64,000 nucleotides of DNA from Alphaproteobacteria bacterium (GTDB taxonomy: Bacteria; Pseudomonadota; Alphaproteobacteria; UBA828): assembly GCA_965221125.1 (NCBI GenBank), contig CBDCRW010000007.1, positions 480,001-544,000 of the forward strand, read 5' to 3'. Position numbers and translations under genes: made by a program. The notes beneath the pieces are model-generated. The model saw nothing but the letters and a program-made list of their open reading frames with translations, was not told where the DNA came from and ran no database searches. Every line of letters begins with the position of its first letter. Positions within the stretch are counted from its first letter, which is position 1. Below are positions 40,299 to 50,320 of this stretch, piece after piece.

Positions 40299-41369
40299 AT
40301 GAAGTTCACAGGTTTGACAGGAGTGGGCGTGGCGACCGTCGCAGCGCTCGGGTTGAGTGCGCCGGCGATGGCGGACGACATGGTCGAGGACAAGCTCGCG
40401 ACCATGGAACAGCGCATCAAGTACTTGGAGAAGCGTGTTGCCTCTCAGGACCAGATGATCGTCGACAAGGAGAGCGAGATCTCCGCTCTCTCCGACGGCT
40501 GGTTCAACAGCGTCGAGATCGGTGGCGTCATCAAGGTCGAGCTTATCGGCGAAAGCCCGGCCGAGGGTGACAGCGGTACCAGGACGAACTTGAGGAAGGT
40601 CGAGCTCGGCATTGCGGCTGCGATCAACGACGAGTGGGGCGGCGAGGTCGTCGTGGAGAACGACGACGGCACAATCGCGCTCGCGGACGCGTTCCTGACC
40701 TACGAGCCGGGGGGCGGGCTTTCCGCTGCGATAGGCCAGCAGACTCTGCCCTTCGGCGTTTATGACACCAACCTGATCACCGATCCGCTTACCAAGGATC
40801 TCGGCGAGACGGCCCACACCGCGATGGTGCTGGGCGGCGACGCCGCTCAATTCGGTTGGACGGTATTCGCGTACTACGCGGATGAAGAGGCGCGTGTCGA
40901 CGGTTTCGGCGCCGGAGTCGGCATGGCCATGGAAGGCGATGCCTCGGCCTTTGGCGTCGATGTGGTGTGGATCAGCGACATCGGCGACTCCAACGGGCTC
41001 AGCGGGATGTTCGACGACGATGTGCCGGGCTTGAGCGCCAGCGCCGGAGGCAGCGTTGGACCGGTCGCTGCGATGGTCGAGTTGGTGACCGCGCTTGATG
41101 CCGAGGGCGCCAACGCCGAACCGTCGGCATGGCATGCCGAAGCCGCCTACGGATTCGACCTGATGGGCAGGGAAGCAACCCTCGCCATTGCGGCCGGCGG
41201 CACTGAGGACGCCGAGGCCGCCGACCTGGCGGAGACGCTGATGCTACTCGGGATTTCCGTGGGCATCTCCGAGGGCGTCGGGATCGGCCTCGAATGGAAG
41301 CAAGAGGAAGGCTACGGCGCGAATGCCGTTGACGACGCCGTTACCGTGCAGCTCGCAGCCGAATTCTAA
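40299..41369 (+). CDS. Outer-membrane beta-barrel, LbtU-like siderophore porin
   Basis: Signal peptide, coiled-coil, GQQTLPFGVYDTNLITDPLT..LGET, terminal VQLAAEF. Confidence 0.75.
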   Translation: MKFTGLTGVGVATVAALGLSAPAMADDMVEDKLATMEQRIKYLEKRVASQDQMIVDKESEISALSDGWFNSVEIGGVIKVELIGESPAEGDSGTRTNLRKVELGIAAAINDEWGGEVVVENDDGTIALADAFLTYEPGGGLSAAIGQQTLPFGVYDTNLITDPLTKDLGETAHTAMVLGGDAAQFGWTVFAYYADEEARVDGFGAGVGMAMEGDASAFGVDVVWISDIGDSNGLSGMFDDDVPGLSASAGGSVGPVAAMVELVTALDAEGANAEPSAWHAEAAYGFDLMGREATLAIAAGGTEDAEAADLAETLMLLGISVGISEGVGIGLEWKQEEGYGANAVDDAVTVQLAAEF

Positions 41370-41396
41370 GGCTCCGGAAAAATGAGGAGACTGAAG

Positions 41397-42659
<1,263 letters not shown>

Positions 42660-42671
42660 GCGCTTTCCCGG

Positions 42672-42737
42672 CGGTCTGCCGAACCCAACGACCCGGCAGA
42701 CCGGGGCCGCCCCGCTCTACCCCCTGCGGGGCGGCCC
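42672..42737 (+). terminator. Two consecutive GC hairpins after the imelysin gene
   Basis: CGGTCTGCCG/CGGCAGACCG and GGGCCGCCCCGC/GCGGGGCGGCCC. Confidence 0.5.
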
Positions 42738-42786
42738 TCGAGCCGGCCCATCCGACGACCGTATCGCACGACGACGGAAACGCGTC

Positions 42787-43107
42787 ATGTGCGAACTTTG
42801 TGCCGCCTCCCCCTCCTCCACGGCCGGTCGGCGCCGCAAGCTCTGGGAGATCCGGCCGGACCTGCTTTGCAGCGTCCTCGGCACCTGCCTCAGCTATGCC
42901 GACCTGCTCAAGATCGGCCGCAAGTCCGGGGTCATGCCGAGCGAGACCGCCACCGAGTACGAGGTGCACAACTACTTCGCGCACCGTGCCGAGGAGCCGG
43001 ACCGTCTCGCGCGCCTGATGCACGGACAAGGGCAACGCTATTTCAGTGCCATAGCACCGCAGGTGCGCATTATAGGGTGTACATCGCACGGAACCCGCTA
43101 TATGTAG
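42787..43107 (+). pseudogene. Truncated gene resembling the N-terminus of DUF2325-domain proteins
   Basis: MCE...RRRKLWEI...L.CSVLGTCL...EYEVH; codon usage degrades after ~43020. Confidence 0.55.
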
Positions 43108-43159
43108 CGGCTGGACCGCGTTCGAGTCGCGATCGGGAACGACAGAGGAGCCGCGCGCC

Positions 43160-43447
43160 ATGAGCAGAGCCGCATTCATCGAGAACGTCGCCAAGAAGGG
43201 CAAGATGAGCAAGGCCGAGGCCAAGCGCACCGTGGACCTGGTGCTGGGCGAGATCGAGGCCGGGATCAAGAAGTCGAAGAAGGAAGGCCGCTACACCATC
43301 GGCAACTTCGGCACCTTCAGCATCGTCAAGCGCAAGGGCCGCAAGGGCCGCAACCCGCAGACCGGCGAGGCGATCCGCATTCGGGCGTCGAAGGCGCTCC
43401 GCTTCCGCCCCTCCGCCCAGCTTAGGAGAGCGGCTGGGGCGAAGTAG
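43160..43447 (+). CDS. HU/IHF family DNA-binding protein
   Basis: GNFGTF....RKGRKGRNPQTGEAI.I.AS...RFRPS. Confidence 0.93.
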   Translation: MSRAAFIENVAKKGKMSKAEAKRTVDLVLGEIEAGIKKSKKEGRYTIGNFGTFSIVKRKGRKGRNPQTGEAIRIRASKALRFRPSAQLRRAAGAK

Positions 43448-43459
43448 GCGCGGCGCGGC

Positions 43460-43783
43460 GCAACGGGCTCCAAGGTGTTCACCGACGAGTTCTGCGCGTA
43501 CAATGGGGTAGGTCAAGGCTTCGATCACGAAGCTGTCAACCACTCAGTTGGTGAGTAGGTCCCGGTCATGGTGGACACGAACGGTATCAAGTCTTTCTGG
43601 TCCATGCTCAAGCGGGCGCACAAGGGTACGTTTCACAAAATCGGCGCGAAACAGCTGCAACGGTATGTCAACGAGTTTGCCGGACGGCACAATGTGCGGG
43701 AGGCTGGCACCATCCGCCAGTTGGAGTCGGTGGTAATCTGTCTGGTCGGCAAGCGGTTGATGTATCGTGATCTGATCGCCTGA
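43460..43783 (+). pseudogene. IS1595-family transposase C-terminal remnant
   Basis: KVFTDE..AY...HEAVNHSVGE*V...TNGIKSFWSMLKR.HKGTFH...RYVNEFAGRHN...GKRL.Y.DL; in-frame TAG at 43556-43558; 5' part missing. Confidence 0.88.
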
Positions 43784-44511
43784 TGCGCACGGGCGCTTCG
43801 GCTCGCGCTCTAACCGTACAGAGCACGGGAAAACGCCGAGTCCGCAATGGTGAAGCAACCAACGATCTTGTTTTCAGCGCCTATGCAGATGGCAATGACA
43901 GGACATTTCCCCGTATTCTCGACCTATATGTGAGCGAGGGAAGCACCATCGCGGATGTGACTTTCGGCAAAGGCGTGTTCTGGCGACATGTGCCTGATGA
44001 TCGGTACGAAGTTTTAGCAACTGACATTCGAGATGGGGTGGATTGCCGCGATCTGCCCTACGAAGACTGCACAATTGACTGCGTAGTTCTGGATCCACCG
44101 TATATGCACACCCCCGGCGGGACGGCGCATAAGACTCACACACCCTTTGAAGAACACTATCGCAACAATGGGAGCGGGCGTCGGACCGCGGGTAAGTATC
44201 ACGAAGCGGTGCTCGATCTCTACCGCCAAGCAGGCGAAGAGGCATATCGGGTTTTGCGGGATCGTGGTGTTCTCATCGTCAAATGCCAGGACGAGGTGTG
44301 CTCGAACCGCCAACGGTTCACCCATGTTGAAATCATGCAAATGTACGACGATATGGGCTACGTTGGTGAGGACCTATTCGTGGTTGTGCGGAACAATCGA
44401 CCGGGTGTCAGCCGCACCATTCGCCAAGTACACGCTCGCAAGAACCATTCCTATTTCTTGGTGTTCTGGAAGCGCGGCAAGACCAAGGGGCTTTGGGAGC
44501 CACCCGCGTGA
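43783..44511 (+). CDS. Amino (m6A/m4C) DNA methyltransferase
   Basis: Motif I DVTFGKG, motif IV VLDPPY, EAYRVL...GVLIVKCQD. Confidence 0.85.
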   Translation: MRTGASARALTVQSTGKRRVRNGEATNDLVFSAYADGNDRTFPRILDLYVSEGSTIADVTFGKGVFWRHVPDDRYEVLATDIRDGVDCRDLPYEDCTIDCVVLDPPYMHTPGGTAHKTHTPFEEHYRNNGSGRRTAGKYHEAVLDLYRQAGEEAYRVLRDRGVLIVKCQDEVCSNRQRFTHVEIMQMYDDMGYVGEDLFVVVRNNRPGVSRTIRQVHARKNHSYFLVFWKRGKTKGLWEPPA

Positions 44512-45002
44512 ACCCAGTTGAGCTTTTGGTCGAGGTCATCAAGGAACATTCACCTGAAGACATTTGGCTCGACTCCCCACTCGCCGGCTACCGCAAACTG
44601 GGGAACACAAACCGAGGCGAAATTGGAGAGGAATTCATTCGACGCTACTTGCGCGCCGCTGGAATTAAGGTCAAGAATGGCGGTCGAGTCTCTGCCACGG
44701 ATATAAAAATTGGGAAACACCGTTTTGAAGTGAAAACCGCGTCTCTTGGTGCCAACGGGACCTTCCAGTTCAATCATGTGCGGTTAGACCGCCGATACGA
44801 CCATTTGCTGTGCCTTGGAATATGTCCGCATGAAATCGTCTTCAATATGTGGCGGAAGGGTGAAGTAGCCGAGGAAAAGGCCGGACGGCTAGTCAGAATG
44901 GCTGAGGGCCAAGCCGTCACTTACAAGCTCACCAAGAAGTTAGATGATATGCAACCAATTGAAGGGTTGCCCGGCGTCCTGCGCCATACGTTAGGAATTT
45001 GA
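44508..45002 (+). CDS. Putative PD-(D/E)xK restriction endonuclease
   Basis: RGEIGEEF...TDIKI...FEVKTAS; GTGA overlap with the MTase stop. Confidence 0.65.
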   Translation: MNPVELLVEVIKEHSPEDIWLDSPLAGYRKLGNTNRGEIGEEFIRRYLRAAGIKVKNGGRVSATDIKIGKHRFEVKTASLGANGTFQFNHVRLDRRYDHLLCLGICPHEIVFNMWRKGEVAEEKAGRLVRMAEGQAVTYKLTKKLDDMQPIEGLPGVLRHTLGI

Positions 45003-45056
45003 GGGAAACGCATCACCGCGAACCCAGAGCCTAATTGACGTTGGGCATTTGCCCCC

Positions 45057-45767
45057 CTAATCGATCCCTAAATCAAGGCTGAGCGTATCCACACACCGCT
45101 CATCGTCGTTCGCGGGCTTGTTGACCAGCGGGCTCACGGGGTGCGCGGTCATGGCGTCTGCCGGGTAGGGGGCGAGCGGGACCGGCTCGCCGCTTAGCCA
45201 GGGGTCGAAGGCGGCGGGCGGCAGGATCACGGGCATGCGGGGGTGGACGGGGGCCACGGTCTCGTTGGCCTGCGTGGTGAGGATGGTGCAGGTCTCCACC
45301 GTATCGCCGGGGCCAAGTTCGGCGAGGGAGCCGGTGAGCGCGAGGCCGCCCGGCACCCTCCAGCTCTCCCACAGCCCGGCGAAGGCGAAGCCGCTTCCGT
45401 CCTTCATCTGGAAGAGCCAGGGCTGCTTGGCCCGGCCCTTGGGCGCCTTGGCCCACTCATAAAAACCGTCCGCCGGGATCAGGCAGCGGCGGGCGCGGAA
45501 GGCGGCGCGGAACGAAGGTTTCTCGTGCGCGGTCTCGGCGCGCGCGTTGATCAGCCTGTAGCCGATGTCGGGCTCCTTGGCCCACGCGGGGATCAGGCCC
45601 CAGCGGAGCATGGAGAGCGTGCGGCCGCCTGCGCCTGCGCGCACCACGGCGATGGTCTGCGCCGGTGCGACGTTGTAGCGCGGCCTCACGTTCTGCACCG
45701 GGCCGATCAGGTTGAGCAGCTCCTGCAGCTCGCGCCACGAGAGGCGCTGGGTAAAGCGGCCGCACAC
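45057..45767 (-). CDS. SRAP (SOS response-associated peptidase, abasic-site processing)
   Basis: MCGRF, RYNVAP.Q, WGLIP.W, INARAET, PADGFYEW, H.RMPVIL. Confidence 0.95.
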   Translation of the reverse strand: MCGRFTQRLSWRELQELLNLIGPVQNVRPRYNVAPAQTIAVVRAGAGGRTLSMLRWGLIPAWAKEPDIGYRLINARAETAHEKPSFRAAFRARRCLIPADGFYEWAKAPKGRAKQPWLFQMKDGSGFAFAGLWESWRVPGGLALTGSLAELGPGDTVETCTILTTQANETVAPVHPRMPVILPPAAFDPWLSGEPVPLAPYPADAMTAHPVSPLVNKPANDDERCVDTLSLDLGID

Positions 45768-45797
45768 GGGCGGGGCTCCGGCGGCGGGCCGCGCGCC

Positions 45798-46553
45798 CTA
45801 CCAGGCGGTCCAGCCGAGGTCGATCATGAGGTGGGCGCCGTGCACGGCCTTCGCGTCGTCGGAGACGAGATAGGCCACCGCGCCCGCCATGTCGTCGGCC
45901 TCCGCCCAGTAGCGGCCCATGGGGGCGAGGGCGTTCATGCGCTCCTCCTTGCCGGGCTGGGCGCGGATGGCGGCGTTCATGTCGGTGACCGTGGCGCCGG
46001 GGGCGACCGCGTTGACGTTGATGCCGTGCGGCCCAAGCTCCAGGGCGAGCGCCTTGGTCAGCAGCATCTGCCCGCCCTTGGACGCGCAGTAGGCGGCGCC
46101 GGCGCTTGAGCCCACGACGCCGAGCGTCGACGTGATGTTGACGATCTTGCCCGCGCCCTTCGCCTTCATCACCGGCGCCACCGCCCTGGCCATGAAGAAG
46201 CTGCCCTTGAGGTTGATGTCGATCTGCGCGTCCCACAGCGCCTCGGTGGTCTCCTCCATCGGCAGCGGGTGGTAGACGCCGGCGTTGTTGACGAGGATGT
46301 CGATGGTGCCGAGGGTCTCGGCGACCTCGGCCGCGAGCCGCTCGCAGTCGGCGACCCTGGAGACGTCGGCCTGGAAGGGCGCGGCGCGGCCGCCTGCGTG
46401 TGCGATCTCCTGCGCCACCGCTTCGGCCTTCGCGCGCGCGGTGTGCGCGACAACGGCGACAGTCGCACCCTCCGCGCCGAGCCGGCGCGCGATGGATGCG
46501 CCGATCCCGCGCGAGCCGCCCGTGACGATCGCGACCTTGCCCTCGATCTTCAT
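45798..46553 (-). CDS. SDR family oxidoreductase
   Basis: TGGSRGIG, NNAG, YCASK, VNAVAPG. Confidence 0.93.
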   Translation of the reverse strand: MKIEGKVAIVTGGSRGIGASIARRLGAEGATVAVVAHTARAKAEAVAQEIAHAGGRAAPFQADVSRVADCERLAAEVAETLGTIDILVNNAGVYHPLPMEETTEALWDAQIDINLKGSFFMARAVAPVMKAKGAGKIVNITSTLGVVGSSAGAAYCASKGGQMLLTKALALELGPHGINVNAVAPGATVTDMNAAIRAQPGKEERMNALAPMGRYWAEADDMAGAVAYLVSDDAKAVHGAHLMIDLGWTAW

Positions 46554-46671
46554 GCCGTGCCTCCCTCTCGCTGCCGCCGGCACGATAGCATGGGGGCGGC
46601 GCGGCCTTGATCCCGCCATAATCGGCTCCCAACTGCCCAAGCCAGACGGGCTTCACACAAGGGGTTCACCC

Positions 46672-48141
46672 ATGAACGACGCCGGGCACATGACGCCGGA
46701 CGAGTTCCGCCGCGCGGGCCACGCGGTCATCGAGCGGATCGCGCGCTACATGGAGGAGGTGGAGCGCTACCCGGTGCTGAGCCGGGCGGAACCGGGGTCT
46801 GTCCGGGCCAAGCTGCCCAACGCCGCACCCGAGCGGGGCGAGTCCTTCGCCGACGTGCTGCGCGATGTCGACGAGATCGTCCTGCCCGGCATCACGCACT
46901 GGCAGTCGCCCAACTTCTACGCCTACTTCCCGGCCAACGCGTCGGGCCCCTCGATCCTGGGCGACCTGCTCACCTCGGGTTTTGGGGTGCAGGGCATGCT
47001 GTGGGCGACGAGCCCGGCCTGCACCGAGCTCGAGACCCACGTGCTCGACTGGCTGGTGGATCTGCTGGGGCTGCCGGATGGGTTTCGGTCCAGCGCGGCC
47101 GGCGGCGGGGTGATCCAGGACAGCGCGTCGAGCAGCACGCTGACGGCGCTGATCGCGGCCCGCGAGCGGGCGAGCGCGGGCGCTGCCAACCGCCACGGCG
47201 TGGGCCTCGGGCCGGAAGGCGCGGGGCCGCGGCTCACGGTCTACACCTCGCGCCACGCGCATTCCTCCATCGAGAAGGCGGTGAAGATCGCGGGCCTCGG
47301 GAGCGAGAACCTGCGGCTGGTCGATGCCGACGGGAGCCACGCGATGCGCGCCGACGCGCTGGAGGCGGCGCTCGCGGCGGACCGCGCGGCCGGTGCCCTG
47401 CCCGCGATGGTCTGCGCCACCGTGGGCACGACGTCGTCGGGCGCGGTGGATCCGCTGCGTGCCATCGGCGCGGTCTGCCGGCGGGCAGGCGTCTGGCTTC
47501 ACGTCGACGCCGCGCACGCGGGCAGCGCCACCGTCTGCCCCGAGCAGCGCGGCCTCATCGACGGGCTGGAGCTCGCCGACAGCTACACCTTCAACCCGCA
47601 CAAGTGGCTGCTCACCAACTTCGACTGCAGCTGCTTCTGGGTGGCGGATCGCGCCGCGCTGATCGAGGCGCTGAGCGTGCTGCCCGAATACCTGCGCAAC
47701 CGGGCGACGGACTCGGGCGCGGTGATCGACTACCGCGACTGGCAGGTGCCGCTCGGCCGCCGCTTCCGCGCCCTGAAACTCTGGTTCGTGATCCGCCACT
47801 ACGGGGCGGAGGGCCTGCGCGCGCACGTGCGCCACTGCGTGGCGCTGGCGGACTGGTTCGCCGCGCAGGTGGAGGCGAGCGAGGAGTTTGCGCTGGCGGC
47901 GCCGGTCTCGGCCGGGCTGGTGTGCTTCCGCCACCGCGCGGGCGACGGGTTCAACGAGGCGCTGATGAACCGGCTGAACGAATCCGGCGCGCTCTACCTC
48001 ACGCACACGAAGCTCGACGGCCGGCTGGTGCTGCGCCTCGCGGTGGGCGGCGCAGCCACCCGGCGCGCGCATGTCGAAGGCGCCTGGGCGCGCATCGCCG
48101 AGACGGCGCGGGCGCTTGCGGGCGAGGCGGCGTGCGCGTAA
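46672..48141 (+). CDS. PLP-dependent aromatic-L-amino-acid decarboxylase (group II, DDC-like)
   Basis: PGITHWQSP.F.AYFP, SPACTELE, WLHVDAA, FNPHKW, DYRDWQVPLGRRFRALKLWFV. Confidence 0.92.
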   Translation: MNDAGHMTPDEFRRAGHAVIERIARYMEEVERYPVLSRAEPGSVRAKLPNAAPERGESFADVLRDVDEIVLPGITHWQSPNFYAYFPANASGPSILGDLLTSGFGVQGMLWATSPACTELETHVLDWLVDLLGLPDGFRSSAAGGGVIQDSASSSTLTALIAARERASAGAANRHGVGLGPEGAGPRLTVYTSRHAHSSIEKAVKIAGLGSENLRLVDADGSHAMRADALEAALAADRAAGALPAMVCATVGTTSSGAVDPLRAIGAVCRRAGVWLHVDAAHAGSATVCPEQRGLIDGLELADSYTFNPHKWLLTNFDCSCFWVADRAALIEALSVLPEYLRNRATDSGAVIDYRDWQVPLGRRFRALKLWFVIRHYGAEGLRAHVRHCVALADWFAAQVEASEEFALAAPVSAGLVCFRHRAGDGFNEALMNRLNESGALYLTHTKLDGRLVLRLAVGGAATRRAHVEGAWARIAETARALAGEAACA

Positions 48142-48155
48142 GCCCCGTGCCAGCA

Positions 48156-48620
48156 ATGGCGATCTGCGACCTGAGCGCGCTGAACGACCGACTGGGGCCG
48201 GACGCGCGCCTGATGGGGCTCGATCTCGGCGCCAGGACGATGGGCGTCGCGGTCTCCGATGTGAGCCGCACCATCGCCACGGCGCGGACGACGCTGCGCC
48301 GCACCAGGCTCTCGCGCGACATCGAGACGCTGCGCGCGATGATCGAGGCGGAGGGGATCGGCGGCATCGTGGTGGGGTTGCCGGTCAACATGGACGGGAG
48401 CGAAGGCCCGCGCGCGCAGTCCGCCCGCGACATCGCCGCGCGGCTGGCCGAGGGGCTGGCGCTGCCGGTCGCCTTCTGGGACGAGCGGCTTTCCACCGTC
48501 GCCGCCGAGCGCCCCCTGCTCGACGCCGATCTCTCGCGCCGCAAGCGGGCCCGCGTCGTCGACCAGGTGGCCGCCGCCTACATCCTCCAGGGCGCGCTGG
48601 ATCGGCTTCGGGCGCGGTAG
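48156..48620 (+). CDS. ruvX: RuvX/YqgF nuclease
   Basis: GLDLG..T.GVAVSD, VVGLP.NMDG, WDERLST, VD..AA..ILQ. Confidence 0.94.
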   Translation: MAICDLSALNDRLGPDARLMGLDLGARTMGVAVSDVSRTIATARTTLRRTRLSRDIETLRAMIEAEGIGGIVVGLPVNMDGSEGPRAQSARDIAARLAEGLALPVAFWDERLSTVAAERPLLDADLSRRKRARVVDQVAAAYILQGALDRLRAR

Positions 48621-49574
48621 TTACCGGAACTCGCGGATGGCGCCGCGCTGCACCACGAAGCTTGCCGCGAGCACGATGGCGAGGCCGGGGACGGTCATCA
48701 GCGGCGGCGCGGGCTTGCCGAGCGCGAGGTCGAGCAGCAGCACGATCGCCGGCAGCGCGTAGCCGTAGGCCTGCACCCGGGTCGGGCCGAGGCGGAGCGT
48801 CGTGTACTGGGTGAGGAAGAAGGTGACGAGGGTTGGCAGGACCGCGAGGTAGACAATGCCGCCGAGGACCACCGCTTCCACCTCGGACCAGTCGGTGCGC
48901 CAGAGCTTGACGTTGCTCGCCGCGAGCAGCCAGACCGCCGCCGCCACCATCGTCCAGAAGGACTGCACCACGATCGGCTCGCCCCGGTGCAGGCGCTTGA
49001 TGAGCGAGCTGTAGACGGCGTAGCCGACGCAGCCGGCGAGGAAGATCCCGTCGCCGATGTTGACCTCGAGGTTGAAGAGACGCGCGGGATCGCCCCGGAA
49101 GATGATCCAGAGCGCGCCGATCATGCCGAGGAAGAGGGCCGCGACACGGTGGAGGCCGATCCGCTCGCCCACCAGCACCGCGCCGAAGAGCGCGGCGAGG
49201 CCCGGCACGATGGTGAAGATCGCGCTCTCGTTGAGGCCGCTGGTATAGCGCAGCGCCTCGAACATGCACCAGAAGAAGAAGGCTAATGGCCCGCCCAGCG
49301 CGAGGTAGCGGACGCACGAGCCGGCCGTCGGCAGCGCGAGCCCCTCGCGCCAGGCCACGATGGGCGCCATAAGAAGGGCGGCGAGGACGAAGCGGATGCA
49401 CATGAGCACCGCGGGGTCGAGGCCGTGGGTGATGTGCTCGCCGAGCGGGAAGGACGTGGAGATGATGACGATGATGAGGAAGGCGAGCGCGTGCGCGTGC
49501 GCCTTGCCCCCCGGCGTGGGCGCGTCCGGCTGCGCGTCCGGCTGCGAGGCCGCCTGTGGAGGCTCCCTGTCCAT
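48621..49574 (-). CDS. DMT/EamA family transporter
   Basis: About 10 hydrophobic helices, RF..A, ALRYTS, L.GERI. Confidence 0.88.
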   Translation of the reverse strand: MDREPPQAASQPDAQPDAPTPGGKAHAHALAFLIIVIISTSFPLGEHITHGLDPAVLMCIRFVLAALLMAPIVAWREGLALPTAGSCVRYLALGGPLAFFFWCMFEALRYTSGLNESAIFTIVPGLAALFGAVLVGERIGLHRVAALFLGMIGALWIIFRGDPARLFNLEVNIGDGIFLAGCVGYAVYSSLIKRLHRGEPIVVQSFWTMVAAAVWLLAASNVKLWRTDWSEVEAVVLGGIVYLAVLPTLVTFFLTQYTTLRLGPTRVQAYGYALPAIVLLLDLALGKPAPPLMTVPGLAIVLAASFVVQRGAIREFR

Positions 49575-49584
49575 GCGTCACCCT

Positions 49585-49615
49585 AGAGCGTTTCCGTTTT
49601 GCGCGGAAACGCTCT
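49585..49615. repeat. Palindromic repeat, 12-bp perfect stem
   Basis: AGAGCGTTTCCG-N7-CGGAAACGCTCT. Confidence 0.75.
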
Positions 49616-49801
49616 GAGTCTTTGTCGCTCACGGCAGTTGGCCTGCGGCCAACGCCTGCGCGGGCGCGCCGCATACGCGGCGGGCCGCGGTCGCGGCCTG
49701 TCGCGCGACCGCCAAAGTCGGACGCGCTCCGACCCGGCGCGAGGGTCAGGAAACAGCAGCGTGTTGGGGGTCGCCGGGATCGGGTCGGGAGCGAGCGGCG
49801 G

Positions 49802-50320
49802 TCAGAACGGCTGGGTGAGCATCGGGAAGCTCTGGTCGCAGTTCGTGAGGTCGACGCGCTTGCGGCGGATGCGGAGCCCGTCGCCTTCCTGCACGATGGT
49901 GTGGGCGTAGCGGCCGCCGAAGACGCGCTGCGGGTTGCCGGGGCGATCCTCCACCATCACGAACTTGGAGCGCACGAGCCAGGCGCCGTCCTCCGTCACC
50001 TCGCCGAGGCGGGCGCCGGAGATCACGCGGACGCAGGTGCTGGGCGGGCTCTGGCAGTGGATGCGGGGATGGTTGAGCCGCTGCACGCGGACCCGCATGG
50101 TCGCCTTGTCGTCGTAGAAGAGCGAGACGTGGTCGTCCCAGCTCTGCTGCTCGGGCGCGGCGGGCACCCAGTAGACGGCGTCCTCGGTGTAGAGGTCGAG
50201 CCACTCGTCGAAGCGGCGCTCGTCCAGCAGGTCGGCTTCGTGCTCGATGAAGCGGCGCAGCTCGTCCAGCGGGAGCGCGTTGGAGCCGGCGGCGGTGCGG
50301 GCCTCGGCCGTGACGCTCAT
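49802..50320 (-). CDS. Aromatic ring-hydroxylating dioxygenase beta subunit
   Basis: EADLLDERRFDEWL.LY..DA.YWVP, IRRKRVDL.NCD. Confidence 0.92.
   Translation of the reverse strand: MSVTAEARTAAGSNALPLDELRRFIEHEADLLDERRFDEWLDLYTEDAVYWVPAAPEQQSWDDHVSLFYDDKATMRVRVQRLNHPRIHCQSPPSTCVRVISGARLGEVTEDGAWLVRSKFVMVEDRPGNPQRVFGGRYAHTIVQEGDGLRIRRKRVDLTNCDQSFPMLTQPF

Noticed and set aside
45003-45060. Right terminal inverted repeat of the IS1595 remnant
   Set aside because: No matching left end is visible, so element boundaries cannot be defined.
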